A stretch of DNA of 64,000 nt, from assembly GCA_963678065.2 (NCBI GenBank), contig CAXXVZ010000004.1, positions 384,001-448,000 on the forward strand. Reading direction: 5' to 3'. Positions 18,870-28,321 of this stretch are shown here, in pieces. Source of the DNA: Treponemataceae bacterium. GTDB lineage: Bacteria > Spirochaetota > Spirochaetia > Treponematales > Rectinemataceae. How positions within the stretch are numbered: position 1 is the stretch's first letter; the number at the start of each line of letters is the position of its first letter. The translations under genes were made by a program, and so were the position numbers. Under the pieces are notes generated by a model. It did no database searches, had not been told where the DNA came from, and saw nothing but the letters and a program-made list of their open reading frames with translations.

Positions 18870-20293
18870 CTGAGCCTTCCTTCCGCGACGAGGGCGGCGA
18901 TATCCGCAACCACAGCTGGTTGCCGGGGGTCGAGCATGCGGCCGGCCACCGCGTAGATGGCGAGGCGATCGGCGAGACTTCTGTCCGCGAGCGGATTGTC
19001 GGCCCTGAAGAGGCCGAGCCGCGGATCGGCGGAGGCAAGTTTTTCATGGGCCACCAGCGCCCAGGTCGTATCGACGAGGTGGGCGAACTCAGGCCGCCGA
19101 AGCTCGGGGCAGTTGAAGGTCTGCCTCGGCTGGTTGATGTCGACGCCGGAAATTTCCATGAAGTCGTGCTTCGCGCAGAGCGCCTTCACACGCCCGAGCT
19201 GGGCGGAGGTGTTGCGCGGCGGCATGTAGGTCACGGCGAGATATCCCAGCTTCCCGAGCTCGACGAAGAGCTCGTCGAGATAATCGTCCTCGAACTTCTC
19301 GGCCTTCTTGTCGCCCGTGGGAGATTCGCCGACATCGCCCAAGTAGGCGTAGGCGGGAATCGCTCCGATGGAGCGGGCGAAGGCGACGGCCTCGCGGACG
19401 GGGATGCATTCGCTCTCGTCGGGCTGGATGAAAATTCTGTCCAGGAAACCTGTCTTGAGCACGTTGATGAGGTCGTAGACGGCGATGGCGTTGGCCGGGT
19501 CGGAGAGGAGGGCGGCGACCTTGGATGTCACCTTTATCCCGAAATCCTTTTCAAGCCCGGCGACGAGGCCCCTGCCATGTCCGGCGGTATCGGTGGCGGT
19601 CCCCGGAGCGTCATAGTGCGCGATCATGCGCCCGGCCACCGCCCGGCAGAGGTGGCGCTCGGTAATGCCACCGCCCTCGGAGGCCATCGAGAGGGGGAGG
19701 ATGTCCTTTTCCATGGAGATGCCGGGGATGCCGGCGGCTTCGAGAAGATGGCTCGCAGCCGCCGCCATAGCGACAGTCCGCATGTTGCGCCTCGCGCGTA
19801 TGGGCGCAAGGAAGGCGTCGAGCCTGTCGATGTTGTACGCGGGCACGCCCTGGATCGTCATGTAGACGATGCCGGCCGAGTCCGGATTGTTGATCTTGCG
19901 CGAGGCGAAGGGGCTCATCCCTCCATCGGCCGCCTCGCGGAAACTGACCCTGAGTTCGCAGCCGGTGACCCCGCCGAGGCCCAGGACGGCGCAGGCTTCC
20001 GTCATCTCGCGGGCGGCGGAGATCGAATCGTGGTCGACGGAGCCCGCCACTTCCAGCCCGGCCTCGAAGGCGCGCAGGGCGGCCATCGAGGGCGTGTAAG
20101 GGCTGAAGCTGTAGATCGTGTGGATGTGGTTGTTGACTTCCGCGCCCGGCGCCGCGGCTGCGGGCGCGGGAACCCTCAGGGCCAGGCCGGTGTCGACGTA
20201 GGATCGAAGGGCGGCGCAGCGATCCCGGGGACTGAGCCCGGAATCATTGATTCTGAGACGCAGAGCCTCGGCCGTCATGTCGCCCTCACTCAC
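18866..20293 (-). CDS. PHP-domain protein (putative metal-dependent phosphoesterase)
   Basis: NNHIHTIYS, VDHDS, GCE, SGVDIN; GTG start after AAGGAG. Confidence 0.78.
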   Translation of the reverse strand: MSEGDMTAEALRLRINDSGLSPRDRCAALRSYVDTGLALRVPAPAAAAPGAEVNNHIHTIYSFSPYTPSMAALRAFEAGLEVAGSVDHDSISAAREMTEACAVLGLGGVTGCELRVSFREAADGGMSPFASRKINNPDSAGIVYMTIQGVPAYNIDRLDAFLAPIRARRNMRTVAMAAAASHLLEAAGIPGISMEKDILPLSMASEGGGITERHLCRAVAGRMIAHYDAPGTATDTAGHGRGLVAGLEKDFGIKVTSKVAALLSDPANAIAVYDLINVLKTGFLDRIFIQPDESECIPVREAVAFARSIGAIPAYAYLGDVGESPTGDKKAEKFEDDYLDELFVELGKLGYLAVTYMPPRNTSAQLGRVKALCAKHDFMEISGVDINQPRQTFNCPELRRPEFAHLVDTTWALVAHEKLASADPRLGLFRADNPLADRSLADRLAIYAVAGRMLDPRQPAVVADIAALVAEGRLR

Positions 20294-20305
20294 GGGTAGC
20301 TCCTT

Positions 20306-22762
20306 TTAGAGACCAGTCCTCGCCCTGCGGGCGAGATCCATGGCTGTCTGGACTGTGGTCGGCACGTGGCCGGCGAGGGGCATGATTCTCTCATGGATCG
20401 TGTCGACGATCCAGTCCTTCTGCGGGAAGTAGAGCTGCTCCATCTCCGCGGCCGGCGTGATCCAGTTGCGGCTGCCGACCACGGCGACGGGTGCGTCGAG
20501 GTAATCGAAGGCGAACTGTGTCACGTTGGATGCCACGGTGTGCATGAAGCTGCCGCGCTCGCAGGAGTCGCTCGCGAGCACGAGCTTGCCGGTTTTCTTC
20601 ACGGACTCGAGGAGGACGGAGTAGTCGAGGGGCGCGATGAAGCGCAGGTCGACGACCTCGACCGAGAGACCGTACTTGTCCTCGAGGAGCTTCGCGGTGT
20701 CCATGGCGCGGTAGAGGGTGGCACCCAAGGTCGCGATGGTGAGGTCTTTGCCGGTCTTGCGCACGGCGCTCTGTCCCTCGGGTATCTCGTAGTAGCCCGC
20801 GGGCACGCCGCTCTTCTCGAATTGCTCGCCCACATCGTAGAGGAGCTGGCTCTCGAAGAAGATGACGGGGTCGGTGCCGCGCAGGGCGAGGTTCAGCATT
20901 CCCTTGGCGTCGTAGGGCGTGGCGGGGAAGTAGGCCTTGAGGCCCGGAACATGGGCGACGAAGGCCGACCAGTCCTGGCTGTGCTGGGCGCCGTACTTGT
21001 TGCCGACGGAGACGCGCACCGTCAGCGGCATCTTGAGGAGACCGGCCGACATGGACTGCCACTTGGAGGCCTGGTTGAATATCTCGTCCCCGGCGCGGCC
21101 CATGAAGTCGCAGTACATGAGTTCGACGACGGCGCGTCCGCCCGAGAGCGCGTAGCCGACGCCCGAGCCGACGATGGCTCCCTCGGAGATCGGGCTGTTG
21201 AAGAGCCTGTGGTAGGGAAGCGCCTCGGTGAGGCCGCGGTAGACGGCGAAGGCGCCGCCCCAGTCGCGGTTTTCCTCGCCCCAGGCGGCCATGGTCGGGT
21301 CGATCGCGAAACGGTGGATCATCGCCTCGAAGAGGGCGTCGCGGTACTGGAAGAGCTTGTTCTTGGAGACGGGCTTGCCCTCGGCGTCGAAGGCGTAGCG
21401 GACCTTTCCGGCAAGGGCCTTGACTCTGGCATTCTCGGCGGGGTCGCCGAGAAGCTCGGGCGCGCGCTCGTCGAGCTTTTCGGCTTTCGTGTTGGAGAAC
21501 ATGACGGATTCGATGAAGGCGCCGTTGACGCGCGGGCACTCGGCCTCGTTCGTGGCGAGCCTGACGACCGAGTCGAGTTTCTCGAAAATGGCTTTCCGCG
21601 CGGTGTCGAGTTCGTCGCGGGTCGCGACCTTGTTCGCGATGAGGTAATCGGCGTAGGACGTGATGGAATCGGTCGACTGCCAGAGCTCGACCTCTTCCTT
21701 GCTGCGGTAGCTCGAGGCGTCGGAGGGCGAGTGACCCGACACGCGGTAGGTGATGGTGTCCAGGAGCACAGGGCCGCGTCCCTCGAGGAGAATCTTCTTC
21801 TTGCGCCCGACGGCTTCGGCGACGGCGAGGGGATTGTAGCCGTCCACGCGCTCGGAGTGCATGTTCTCGGGGTTGACGCCGGCGCCGACGCGGGCGAGGA
21901 CCTGGTAGCCCATGGTCTCGCCATTGGTCTGGCCGCCCATGCCGTAGAAGTTGTTGAAGAAGTTGAAAAGGATGGGCGGAGCGCCGCCGACATCCTTGTC
22001 CCAGAGTTTGCGGTACTGATCCATGGCCGCCAGGCTCATGGCTTCCCAGACGGGGCCGCAGCCCATGGACGCGTCGCCGATGTTGGACACGACGATGCCG
22101 GGCTTGCGGTTGATCCTCTTGAAGAGGGCGGAGCCCGTCGCGATGTCGGCCGAGCCGCCGACTATGGCGTTGTTCGGCATCGATCCGAAGGGCGTGAAGA
22201 AGGCGTGCATGGAGCCGCCAAGGCCGCGGTTGAAGCCGGCCTTGCGCGCGAAGATTTCGGCGAGGGTGCCGAAAAGGATGAAGTTCTCCGCGCGGTCGGC
22301 CAGGTTTTTCGCGGGGATCTTGTCGACGAGTTTCAGGGTTTCGCCGTCGAGGAATTTCTCCATGACGGAGATGAGCTCGTTCTCCGGCAACAGGCGCGAG
22401 GCCGAGAGGCATTTGGCGAGGATTTCGCCGTGGCTGCGGTGCGAGCCGAAGATGAAGTCATCGGGCAGAAGGGCGGCGCACTGTCCGACCGAGGCCGCTT
22501 CCTGGCCGATGGAGAGGTGGGCGGGGCCCTTGTGGTTGTACTCGATGCCGTTCCAGGCGCCCATGGTCTTGAAGGTGTTGAGCATGGTCTCGAACTCGCG
22601 GATGTAGACCATGTCGAGCCAGATTTGCTTCAATTTTCCGGCGCCGAAAGTTTTCAGCTCCTTCTTGAAATCGCTCTTGTAGCTGTTGACTGGAATGTCG
22701 GCGATTTTGAGGGTCGAGGGTTTCCGCACATCGGCGGGGTCGACAAGTATCGATTTTGGCAT
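20306..22762 (-). CDS. Fused E1 alpha-beta TPP-dependent 2-oxoacid/acetoin dehydrogenase component
   Basis: Alpha half: [16 protein letters not shown]...NN, YRVSGHS. Beta half: [26 protein letters not shown]. Confidence 0.92.
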   Translation of the reverse strand: MPKSILVDPADVRKPSTLKIADIPVNSYKSDFKKELKTFGAGKLKQIWLDMVYIREFETMLNTFKTMGAWNGIEYNHKGPAHLSIGQEAASVGQCAALLPDDFIFGSHRSHGEILAKCLSASRLLPENELISVMEKFLDGETLKLVDKIPAKNLADRAENFILFGTLAEIFARKAGFNRGLGGSMHAFFTPFGSMPNNAIVGGSADIATGSALFKRINRKPGIVVSNIGDASMGCGPVWEAMSLAAMDQYRKLWDKDVGGAPPILFNFFNNFYGMGGQTNGETMGYQVLARVGAGVNPENMHSERVDGYNPLAVAEAVGRKKKILLEGRGPVLLDTITYRVSGHSPSDASSYRSKEEVELWQSTDSITSYADYLIANKVATRDELDTARKAIFEKLDSVVRLATNEAECPRVNGAFIESVMFSNTKAEKLDERAPELLGDPAENARVKALAGKVRYAFDAEGKPVSKNKLFQYRDALFEAMIHRFAIDPTMAAWGEENRDWGGAFAVYRGLTEALPYHRLFNSPISEGAIVGSGVGYALSGGRAVVELMYCDFMGRAGDEIFNQASKWQSMSAGLLKMPLTVRVSVGNKYGAQHSQDWSAFVAHVPGLKAYFPATPYDAKGMLNLALRGTDPVIFFESQLLYDVGEQFEKSGVPAGYYEIPEGQSAVRKTGKDLTIATLGATLYRAMDTAKLLEDKYGLSVEVVDLRFIAPLDYSVLLESVKKTGKLVLASDSCERGSFMHTVASNVTQFAFDYLDAPVAVVGSRNWITPAAEMEQLYFPQKDWIVDTIHERIMPLAGHVPTTVQTAMDLARRARTGL

Positions 22763-22826
22763 TGCTATCCTCCGTTATACTGTTGTGTGCGTGGGCCCTT
22801 CTACCAGGGAAGTCCCGCGCTCTTTA

Positions 22827-24206
22827 TCAATGGGCCATCGCCCAGGCCGCTTCGCGTATCGCTTCGCAGACCGAGGGGTGGGGAAAAATCATCTGGCGCA
22901 GGTCGGCGACGCTCATCTGTTGCTCGATGACCGGAGCGGCGCCCCAGATCATCTCGCTCGCGTAGGATCCGACGACGTGGACACCGAGCACCCGCTCCGT
23001 GCCGGCCTCGACGATCAGCTTCACGCCTCCCGGAGCCGCGAAGCCGTTCTCGGCCGCGAAGCGTCCGGAGACGCGCAGCGGGAGCGAGGAGGTCTTCACC
23101 GCGATGCCGCGGGCGGCCGCTTCCTGCTCGGTGATGCCGATGCCGGCCGCCTCCGGTATTCCGTAGACGGCCCAGGGAACGGCGTCGTAGCGCATGCGGT
23201 CAGCGCCCTTCGCGGCACCGCCGCCTGAGAGTATGTCGGTCACGGCGACTTCGGCCATGCGGTAGGCCGAGTGCGCGAGGAGGCTCTTGCCGGTAACGTC
23301 GCCTATCGCCCAGACACCGGGCAGATTCGTGCGCATGCGCTCGTCGACGATGATTCCTTTCGGCGTCATGTCGAGTCCGGCCTCCTGACCGCCCCAGCCC
23401 GAGAGATTGGGCCTGCGGCCGACGGCCATGAGGACGAGGTCGGCGGGGCTTTTCGCCTCCTGGCCATCCTTGGTCCGGTAGGCGACGGTCCCGCCTTCGA
23501 TGCGCTCGACCCTGCAGCCGAGCTTGAAGGAGACGGCTTTCATCGCACGGCGCAGTATGGGCGCGTGCTCCTTGTCCATGAAGGGCACGATCTCGTCCAT
23601 CATCTCGACGACCTCGACCTTGGAGCCGAGGGCGGAGAAGAGGCTCGCGAACTCGACGCCGATCACGCCGCCGCCGATCACGCAGAGCGAGGCCGGCACC
23701 TGGCCGATGGCGAGAAGTCCCGTGGAGTCGACGACGGCCGGATTGTCCTTCGCGCCGGGAATCGGCGGCATGACGGGCGAGGAACCCGTCGCGAGGATGA
23801 CGGCGGCCGCCCCGTGGACGACGCCGTTTACTTCGACCTTTCCCGACCCGACGAGCCGGCCGGTCGCCTGCACCACCTCGACGCCGAGCTTCTTCTCGGT
23901 GAGGGCGATGGCGCCGCGCAGCTTCTCGACCACTTCGGTCTTCCACGCCTGCATCGCGCTCCAGTCGAAGCTGACGCCCTCGGCTTTGACACCGAACCTG
24001 GCGCCTTCCTTTGCGTGCAGGTAGTACTTGGCGGAGTTGAGGAGAGTCTTGGTGGGAACGCATCCCACGTTGAGGCAGGTGCCCCCGAGGTACTCCTTCT
24101 CGACGAGAAGGACCTTTTTGCCTTTTTCCCCGAGGCGCTCGGCGGCGACATACCCGCCCGGCCCGCCTCCGAGGATTATGACATCATACTTGTTCATTTT
24201 TTCCAC
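22827..24206 (-). CDS. lpdA: Dihydrolipoamide dehydrogenase (E3)
   Basis: GGGPGGY, GGTCLNVGCVP redox disulfide, GGGVIG, HPSVCE. Confidence 0.95.
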   Translation of the reverse strand: MEKMNKYDVIILGGGPGGYVAAERLGEKGKKVLLVEKEYLGGTCLNVGCVPTKTLLNSAKYYLHAKEGARFGVKAEGVSFDWSAMQAWKTEVVEKLRGAIALTEKKLGVEVVQATGRLVGSGKVEVNGVVHGAAAVILATGSSPVMPPIPGAKDNPAVVDSTGLLAIGQVPASLCVIGGGVIGVEFASLFSALGSKVEVVEMMDEIVPFMDKEHAPILRRAMKAVSFKLGCRVERIEGGTVAYRTKDGQEAKSPADLVLMAVGRRPNLSGWGGQEAGLDMTPKGIIVDERMRTNLPGVWAIGDVTGKSLLAHSAYRMAEVAVTDILSGGGAAKGADRMRYDAVPWAVYGIPEAAGIGITEQEAAARGIAVKTSSLPLRVSGRFAAENGFAAPGGVKLIVEAGTERVLGVHVVGSYASEMIWGAAPVIEQQMSVADLRQMIFPHPSVCEAIREAAWAMAH

Positions 24207-24213
24207 ATCTCCT

Positions 24214-25659
24214 TCACACGAGCATCACGATGTCTATGTTCGCGATGTAGTCCCCGAGGTCCTTGAGGAAGCGGGCGGCGTCCGCCCCGTCGACGACGCG
24301 GTGGTCGACCGTGAGCGAGAATCCGATCCGCATCTCCGCGCCCACGGTCCCGTCTTTGGAGATGGTCGGCCTGGGCACGATGGCGTCCACGCCGAGGATT
24401 CCCGTCTCGGGCTCGTTGAGGATGGGCGTGAAGCTCTCGATGCCGAAAGCCCCCAGGTTGGTGACTGTGAAAGTCGAGCCGGAGAGCAGGTCGGGGTTGG
24501 GAGAACCGGCCACGCAGTCGCCGGCGAGCTTTTTGGAACGCTCGGAGAAGGCGCGAAGCGAGAGGGATTCGGCGCCGCGGATGACCGGGACCATGAGGCC
24601 GCGCGGCGTATCCACGGCGAGGCCGAGGTGGACACGCCCGAAGCTGCGGACCGCGCCGTCCACGACGTGGGCGTTGATCCGGGGGTACTTCGCGAGGACC
24701 CTCGTGGCGGCGAAGGCAACGAGGTCGCCGATCGTCACGCCGGAAAGGCCCAGGGCGGGGTCGGAGTTCTTGAGGCGGTTGCGCATGGAAAGAAGGCGCT
24801 CCGCCGGAGCGCTCGCGTTGAAAGTGAGCTGGGCGCTGGCCTGGAGCGAATGCATCATGCGGTCAGCGATGATTTTCCTGATGCTCTTGATCGGAGTCTC
24901 CGCGTAGGGGCCGGGGAAATCCGCGTCCCCGGCACCGCCGGTGACGCCTGCGACCGCAAAGGGAGCCGTGGTCGCGGCTGTGACAGCAGAGACCGCGGCA
25001 GGAGCGGCGGCAGCGGCGGCAGCGGCGAAGTCAGCGACGCCCGCCCGTCCACCGAAGGCCGTTCCGGCTCCGGGAACAGCGGCACCCTTCGTCGCGAGGA
25101 CGCGCGCCGCGGCCGTGAGCTCAGGCCTCTTCCCGAGAGCCGCCTTGATGTCGCGCTCGATGATGCGTCCGCCGGGACCGGAACCCGGGATGCCGGCGAG
25201 GGGAAGTCCCTCGCCGGCCGCGAGGTTGCGGGCCCTGGGGCTCGCAAAACCGACCGCGGCCGCCCCGGCTTCCGCCTGAGCGGCGGGCGGGTTTGTCCCC
25301 GCGGATGCGGGAGCGGAGCCTTCGGCAGCTGGAGCGGACATCTCGAGCCGGGCTTGCGCCTCCGACGGCGCGCCCGCAGCGGGAGCGCCGTCTTTGCCCA
25401 CAAGGGATGCCCAATCCTCTCCGCTCTTCCCGATCACCGCGATCGGCTGCAGAACGGGAACATCATCCCCCTCGGGATGAAGAATCTTGAGGACGACGCC
25501 ATCCGCTCCGGCAGGGACCTCGAAGCTCGCCTTGTCGGTCTCGACCTCGCAAATCGGCTGCGAGGCGGCGACAGCCTGCCCCTCAGCGACCTTCCAGCCC
25601 ACGATCACGCAGGATTCGACCGTATTCCCCTGCCTGGGCATAATCACAACATGTGCCAC
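24214..25659 (-). CDS. Dihydrolipoamide acyltransferase (E2), one lipoyl domain
   Basis: VETDKA lipoyl lysine; ASPRAR...GSGPGGRI E3-binding domain; DHRVVDG catalytic motif. Confidence 0.95.
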   Translation of the reverse strand: MAHVVIMPRQGNTVESCVIVGWKVAEGQAVAASQPICEVETDKASFEVPAGADGVVLKILHPEGDDVPVLQPIAVIGKSGEDWASLVGKDGAPAAGAPSEAQARLEMSAPAAEGSAPASAGTNPPAAQAEAGAAAVGFASPRARNLAAGEGLPLAGIPGSGPGGRIIERDIKAALGKRPELTAAARVLATKGAAVPGAGTAFGGRAGVADFAAAAAAAAPAAVSAVTAATTAPFAVAGVTGGAGDADFPGPYAETPIKSIRKIIADRMMHSLQASAQLTFNASAPAERLLSMRNRLKNSDPALGLSGVTIGDLVAFAATRVLAKYPRINAHVVDGAVRSFGRVHLGLAVDTPRGLMVPVIRGAESLSLRAFSERSKKLAGDCVAGSPNPDLLSGSTFTVTNLGAFGIESFTPILNEPETGILGVDAIVPRPTISKDGTVGAEMRIGFSLTVDHRVVDGADAARFLKDLGDYIANIDIVMLV

Positions 25660-25721
25660 CTTCTACCTCCACACGTGATCCCGTTCCGCGTCCTGCGCTC
25701 TTGCGCGGGACATGGGGTACT

Positions 25722-26477
25722 TCAGAACCTTTTTATCCGTATCGACGCCTGCTCGAGGGAGCGGACCACATCGGCCTGCAGCCCCGAGTCGGTAATGATT
25801 CCATTCACCGCCGAAAGCGGCAACACACCGACGAAGCCCGACTTTCCGTACTTGGACGAATCCGCCACGAGCCACGTCTCTCTGGCGCGAATGCGCATCG
25901 CCTTCACTATCTCTGCCCCTTCCACGAGTTGGGTCGTCATCCCATTCTCCAGGCTGAATCCGTCCGTTCCGACAAAAGCCAACGCGACATTGAAATCCGC
26001 TATCGTCCGGAGCGCGATCGGGCCGACCATGGACTCCGTCGCCCGCCTGAACTCGCCGCCAGTCATGGTTATGGAGAGCGCCGGATTGAGCCGCGCGTAG
26101 GAGTAGACGAGGGTGGAATTGGTGACGATGTGGATGTCCCTCTTGCCGAGAAGGTATTTCGCGATGAGGGCGGTCGTCGTCCCGGCCTCGATCATGATGG
26201 CGTCGCCGTCGCGCACGAGTTCCGCCGCGGCACGGGCTATCCTGTTCTTCTCCTCCACCATGCTGCGCTGCCTGTCGAGAATGGAGGGGTGGAAGGCGGG
26301 CGAGGCCCCCCCCCGCGAACGGGTGATGAACCCTCGATCCTCAAGGGACTTGAAATCGGAGCGCACCGTGACCTCGGACACACCCAGCTCGGCAGAGAGT
26401 GCGGCCACCGAGAGCGATCCGCGATCTGCCAGAAGCTCGAGTATCCTGCGATCCCTCTCGCCAAGCTCTTCGGTCAT
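25722..26477 (-). CDS. DeoR/GlpR-family transcriptional regulator
   Basis: LGVSEVTVRSD HTH, RSRGGA, EAGTTT, VTNS, DSSKYG; start MTEELGE. Confidence 0.92.
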   Translation of the reverse strand: MTEELGERDRRILELLADRGSLSVAALSAELGVSEVTVRSDFKSLEDRGFITRSRGGASPAFHPSILDRQRSMVEEKNRIARAAAELVRDGDAIMIEAGTTTALIAKYLLGKRDIHIVTNSTLVYSYARLNPALSITMTGGEFRRATESMVGPIALRTIADFNVALAFVGTDGFSLENGMTTQLVEGAEIVKAMRIRARETWLVADSSKYGKSGFVGVLPLSAVNGIITDSGLQADVVRSLEQASIRIKRF

Positions 26478-26478
26478 C

Positions 26479-26544
26479 TTCGATAACCTTTCGAAATACT
26501 TTCGAACATGCTTTGAATTTACATCGAAACTCGCATTTGCGCAA
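26479..26544 (-). promoter_or_regulatory. deoR operon promoter with five phased operator-like hexamers
   Basis: TTGCGC-N17-TAAATT on the minus strand; TTCGAA-like hexamers at 26479, 26490, 26501, 26512 and 26523. Confidence 0.7.
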
Positions 26545-26871
26545 GAGCTCGGTAGGCAAATTTCTACGGTAAATGAACGAACCCCGGAGCAGAGCTCCGA
26601 GGTATCGTTCGTTCTGTAAGGAATGGATTGTATGCGGGTATGGACCCGCATGCGAATCAATCGGAAAAACGGCAACTATCAGAAAAAAGGAAGGCAGCCA
26701 GAAACGGCAAACCACAGGATGACCGACAATACGGTATACCGATTCCGTCATATTTACTTTCACGATAAAACCATGCTAGATTCCAGCGCCCGGAAAGCAG
26801 TCCGGCGGGACGACCGCATCGGCCCCGCCCACTGCCCACCACGGACTACACCCACATTCATGGAGCCCTCG

Positions 26872-27498
26872 ATGAAAGAACGCGCCGCCGACATCTTCAA
26901 TGCCCCGGACACGAAAATCAGAGTCGCCGACACTACGGCCAATCCCGCCCCCCTCGGCCTCCTCGGATTCGGTATGACCACACTCCTCCTCAACTTCCAC
27001 AACGCCGGCTTCTACCCCCTCGACTCCATGATCATGGGCATGGGCATCTTCGTCGGCGGCATCGCCCAAGTCATAGCCGGCGTCCAGGAGTGGAAGAAAA
27101 ACAACACCTTCGGCGCCACCGCCTTCACCGCCTACGGCTTCTTCTGGATCGCCCTCGTCGCCACCTGGACCCTCCCCGCCATGGGACTCGGAGCCAAATC
27201 GGCCGGAACTGATATGGGCTTCTTCCTCGCCCTCTGGGGCATCTTCACCGCCGGCATGTTCGTCGGAACCCTCAGGCTCAACCGCGCCCTCCAGGTCATC
27301 TTCGGCTCCCTCACCCTCCTCTTCGCCCTCCTCGCCATCCGCGACTTCTCCGGTTCGACCGTCATCGGCAGGGCTGCGGGCTGGGTCGGCATCTTCTGCG
27401 GCCTCTCGGCCCTCTACGCCGCCATCGCCCAAGTCCTCAACGAGGTCTACGGAGCTGTCATCCTCCCCATCGGCCCCGTCGCAGCGAAACACAAATAG
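26872..27498 (+). CDS. satP: Acetate/succinate transporter, GPR1/FUN34/YaaH family
   Basis: ANPAPLGLLGFGMTT, NTFGATAFTAYGFFW, AQVLNE; GGAG RBS. Confidence 0.93.
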   Translation: MKERAADIFNAPDTKIRVADTTANPAPLGLLGFGMTTLLLNFHNAGFYPLDSMIMGMGIFVGGIAQVIAGVQEWKKNNTFGATAFTAYGFFWIALVATWTLPAMGLGAKSAGTDMGFFLALWGIFTAGMFVGTLRLNRALQVIFGSLTLLFALLAIRDFSGSTVIGRAAGWVGIFCGLSALYAAIAQVLNEVYGAVILPIGPVAAKHK

Positions 27499-27666
27499 GA
27501 CGGCCTTTCCCCCGAAAACCTCGATTTCCGGTTCAGGGCGCGTCGTCCCGGTCCGCCTGTTTCGCGCAGTCTCCGTACTGCGCCGGGAGACGCGGACCGG
27601 ACCCGACCGGGCTCTTCGCGCTCAATCGGAATCGCATTCCTCGCGCGATCATGCTATCATGGAGGC

Positions 27667-28266
27667 ATGAAACCGATGGCAGAACCCGCCCGAAAGCTCG
27701 ATGAGCTTTTCACGTACGGACAGTACCGGACCTGGCCGGACGAGGAGCGCTGGGAGCTCATCGACGGCGTCGCGTACAACATGAGTCCTGCGCCGACCTA
27801 CCGGCACCAGGATGTCGCCGGATGGCTCTTCGTCCGCATCTCCAACTTTCTGGAAGGCAAGCCCTGCAAGGCTTACATCTCCCCCGTCGACGTCCTTCTC
27901 CCCAAGCCTGGCCAGTCCGACGACGGGACGGACACGGTCGTCGAGCCCGACATCATCGTCGCCTGCGATCCTTCCAAAATCGAAGGGCGCTTTCACCGCG
28001 GAGCCCCCGACCTGGCCGTCGAAGTTCTCTCCCCCTCCACATCGCGCAAGGACCAGCACGAAAAATACATGGCCTACGAGCGCTCGGGCCTGCGCGAATA
28101 CTGGGTCATCGAGCCGCGTTCGTGCTGGCTCAACCGCTACAATCTCGGCCCGGACGGAAAGTATGGAGATCCGGTCGTGCGCGAACAGGGCGATAAGCTC
28201 GGTCCGGTCGCATCCGAAGTCCTTCCCGGCTTCTCCTTCGATCCTGAATCCCTGTTCGACCACTGA
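27667..28266 (+). CDS. Uma2/DUF820 family putative endonuclease
   Basis: RWELIDG, MSPAP..HQ, VEPDI, GAPDLAVEVLSPST, K...YE..G..EYW. Confidence 0.9.
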   Translation: MKPMAEPARKLDELFTYGQYRTWPDEERWELIDGVAYNMSPAPTYRHQDVAGWLFVRISNFLEGKPCKAYISPVDVLLPKPGQSDDGTDTVVEPDIIVACDPSKIEGRFHRGAPDLAVEVLSPSTSRKDQHEKYMAYERSGLREYWVIEPRSCWLNRYNLGPDGKYGDPVVREQGDKLGPVASEVLPGFSFDPESLFDH

Positions 28267-28321
28267 CCTGAGATCGGATTGGGCGCCGGTCATCCTCAGA
28301 GCGCCCCACAGGAGGAATTTC

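Noticed and set aside
20366..22930. 854-aa plus-strand ORF and similar long ORFs (24028-26100, 53998-55998, 50922-52451)
   Set aside because: Antisense shadows of well-supported genes in GC-rich DNA, with no recognisable motifs.
27540..27615. tRNA or ncRNA after satP
   Set aside because: An imperfect GC-rich hairpin (CCGGTCCGC...GCGGACCGG) with no cloverleaf or T-loop.
27667..28266. Uma2 nuclease as a defence system
   Set aside because: Standalone and common, with no methylase, ATPase or antitoxin neighbour.
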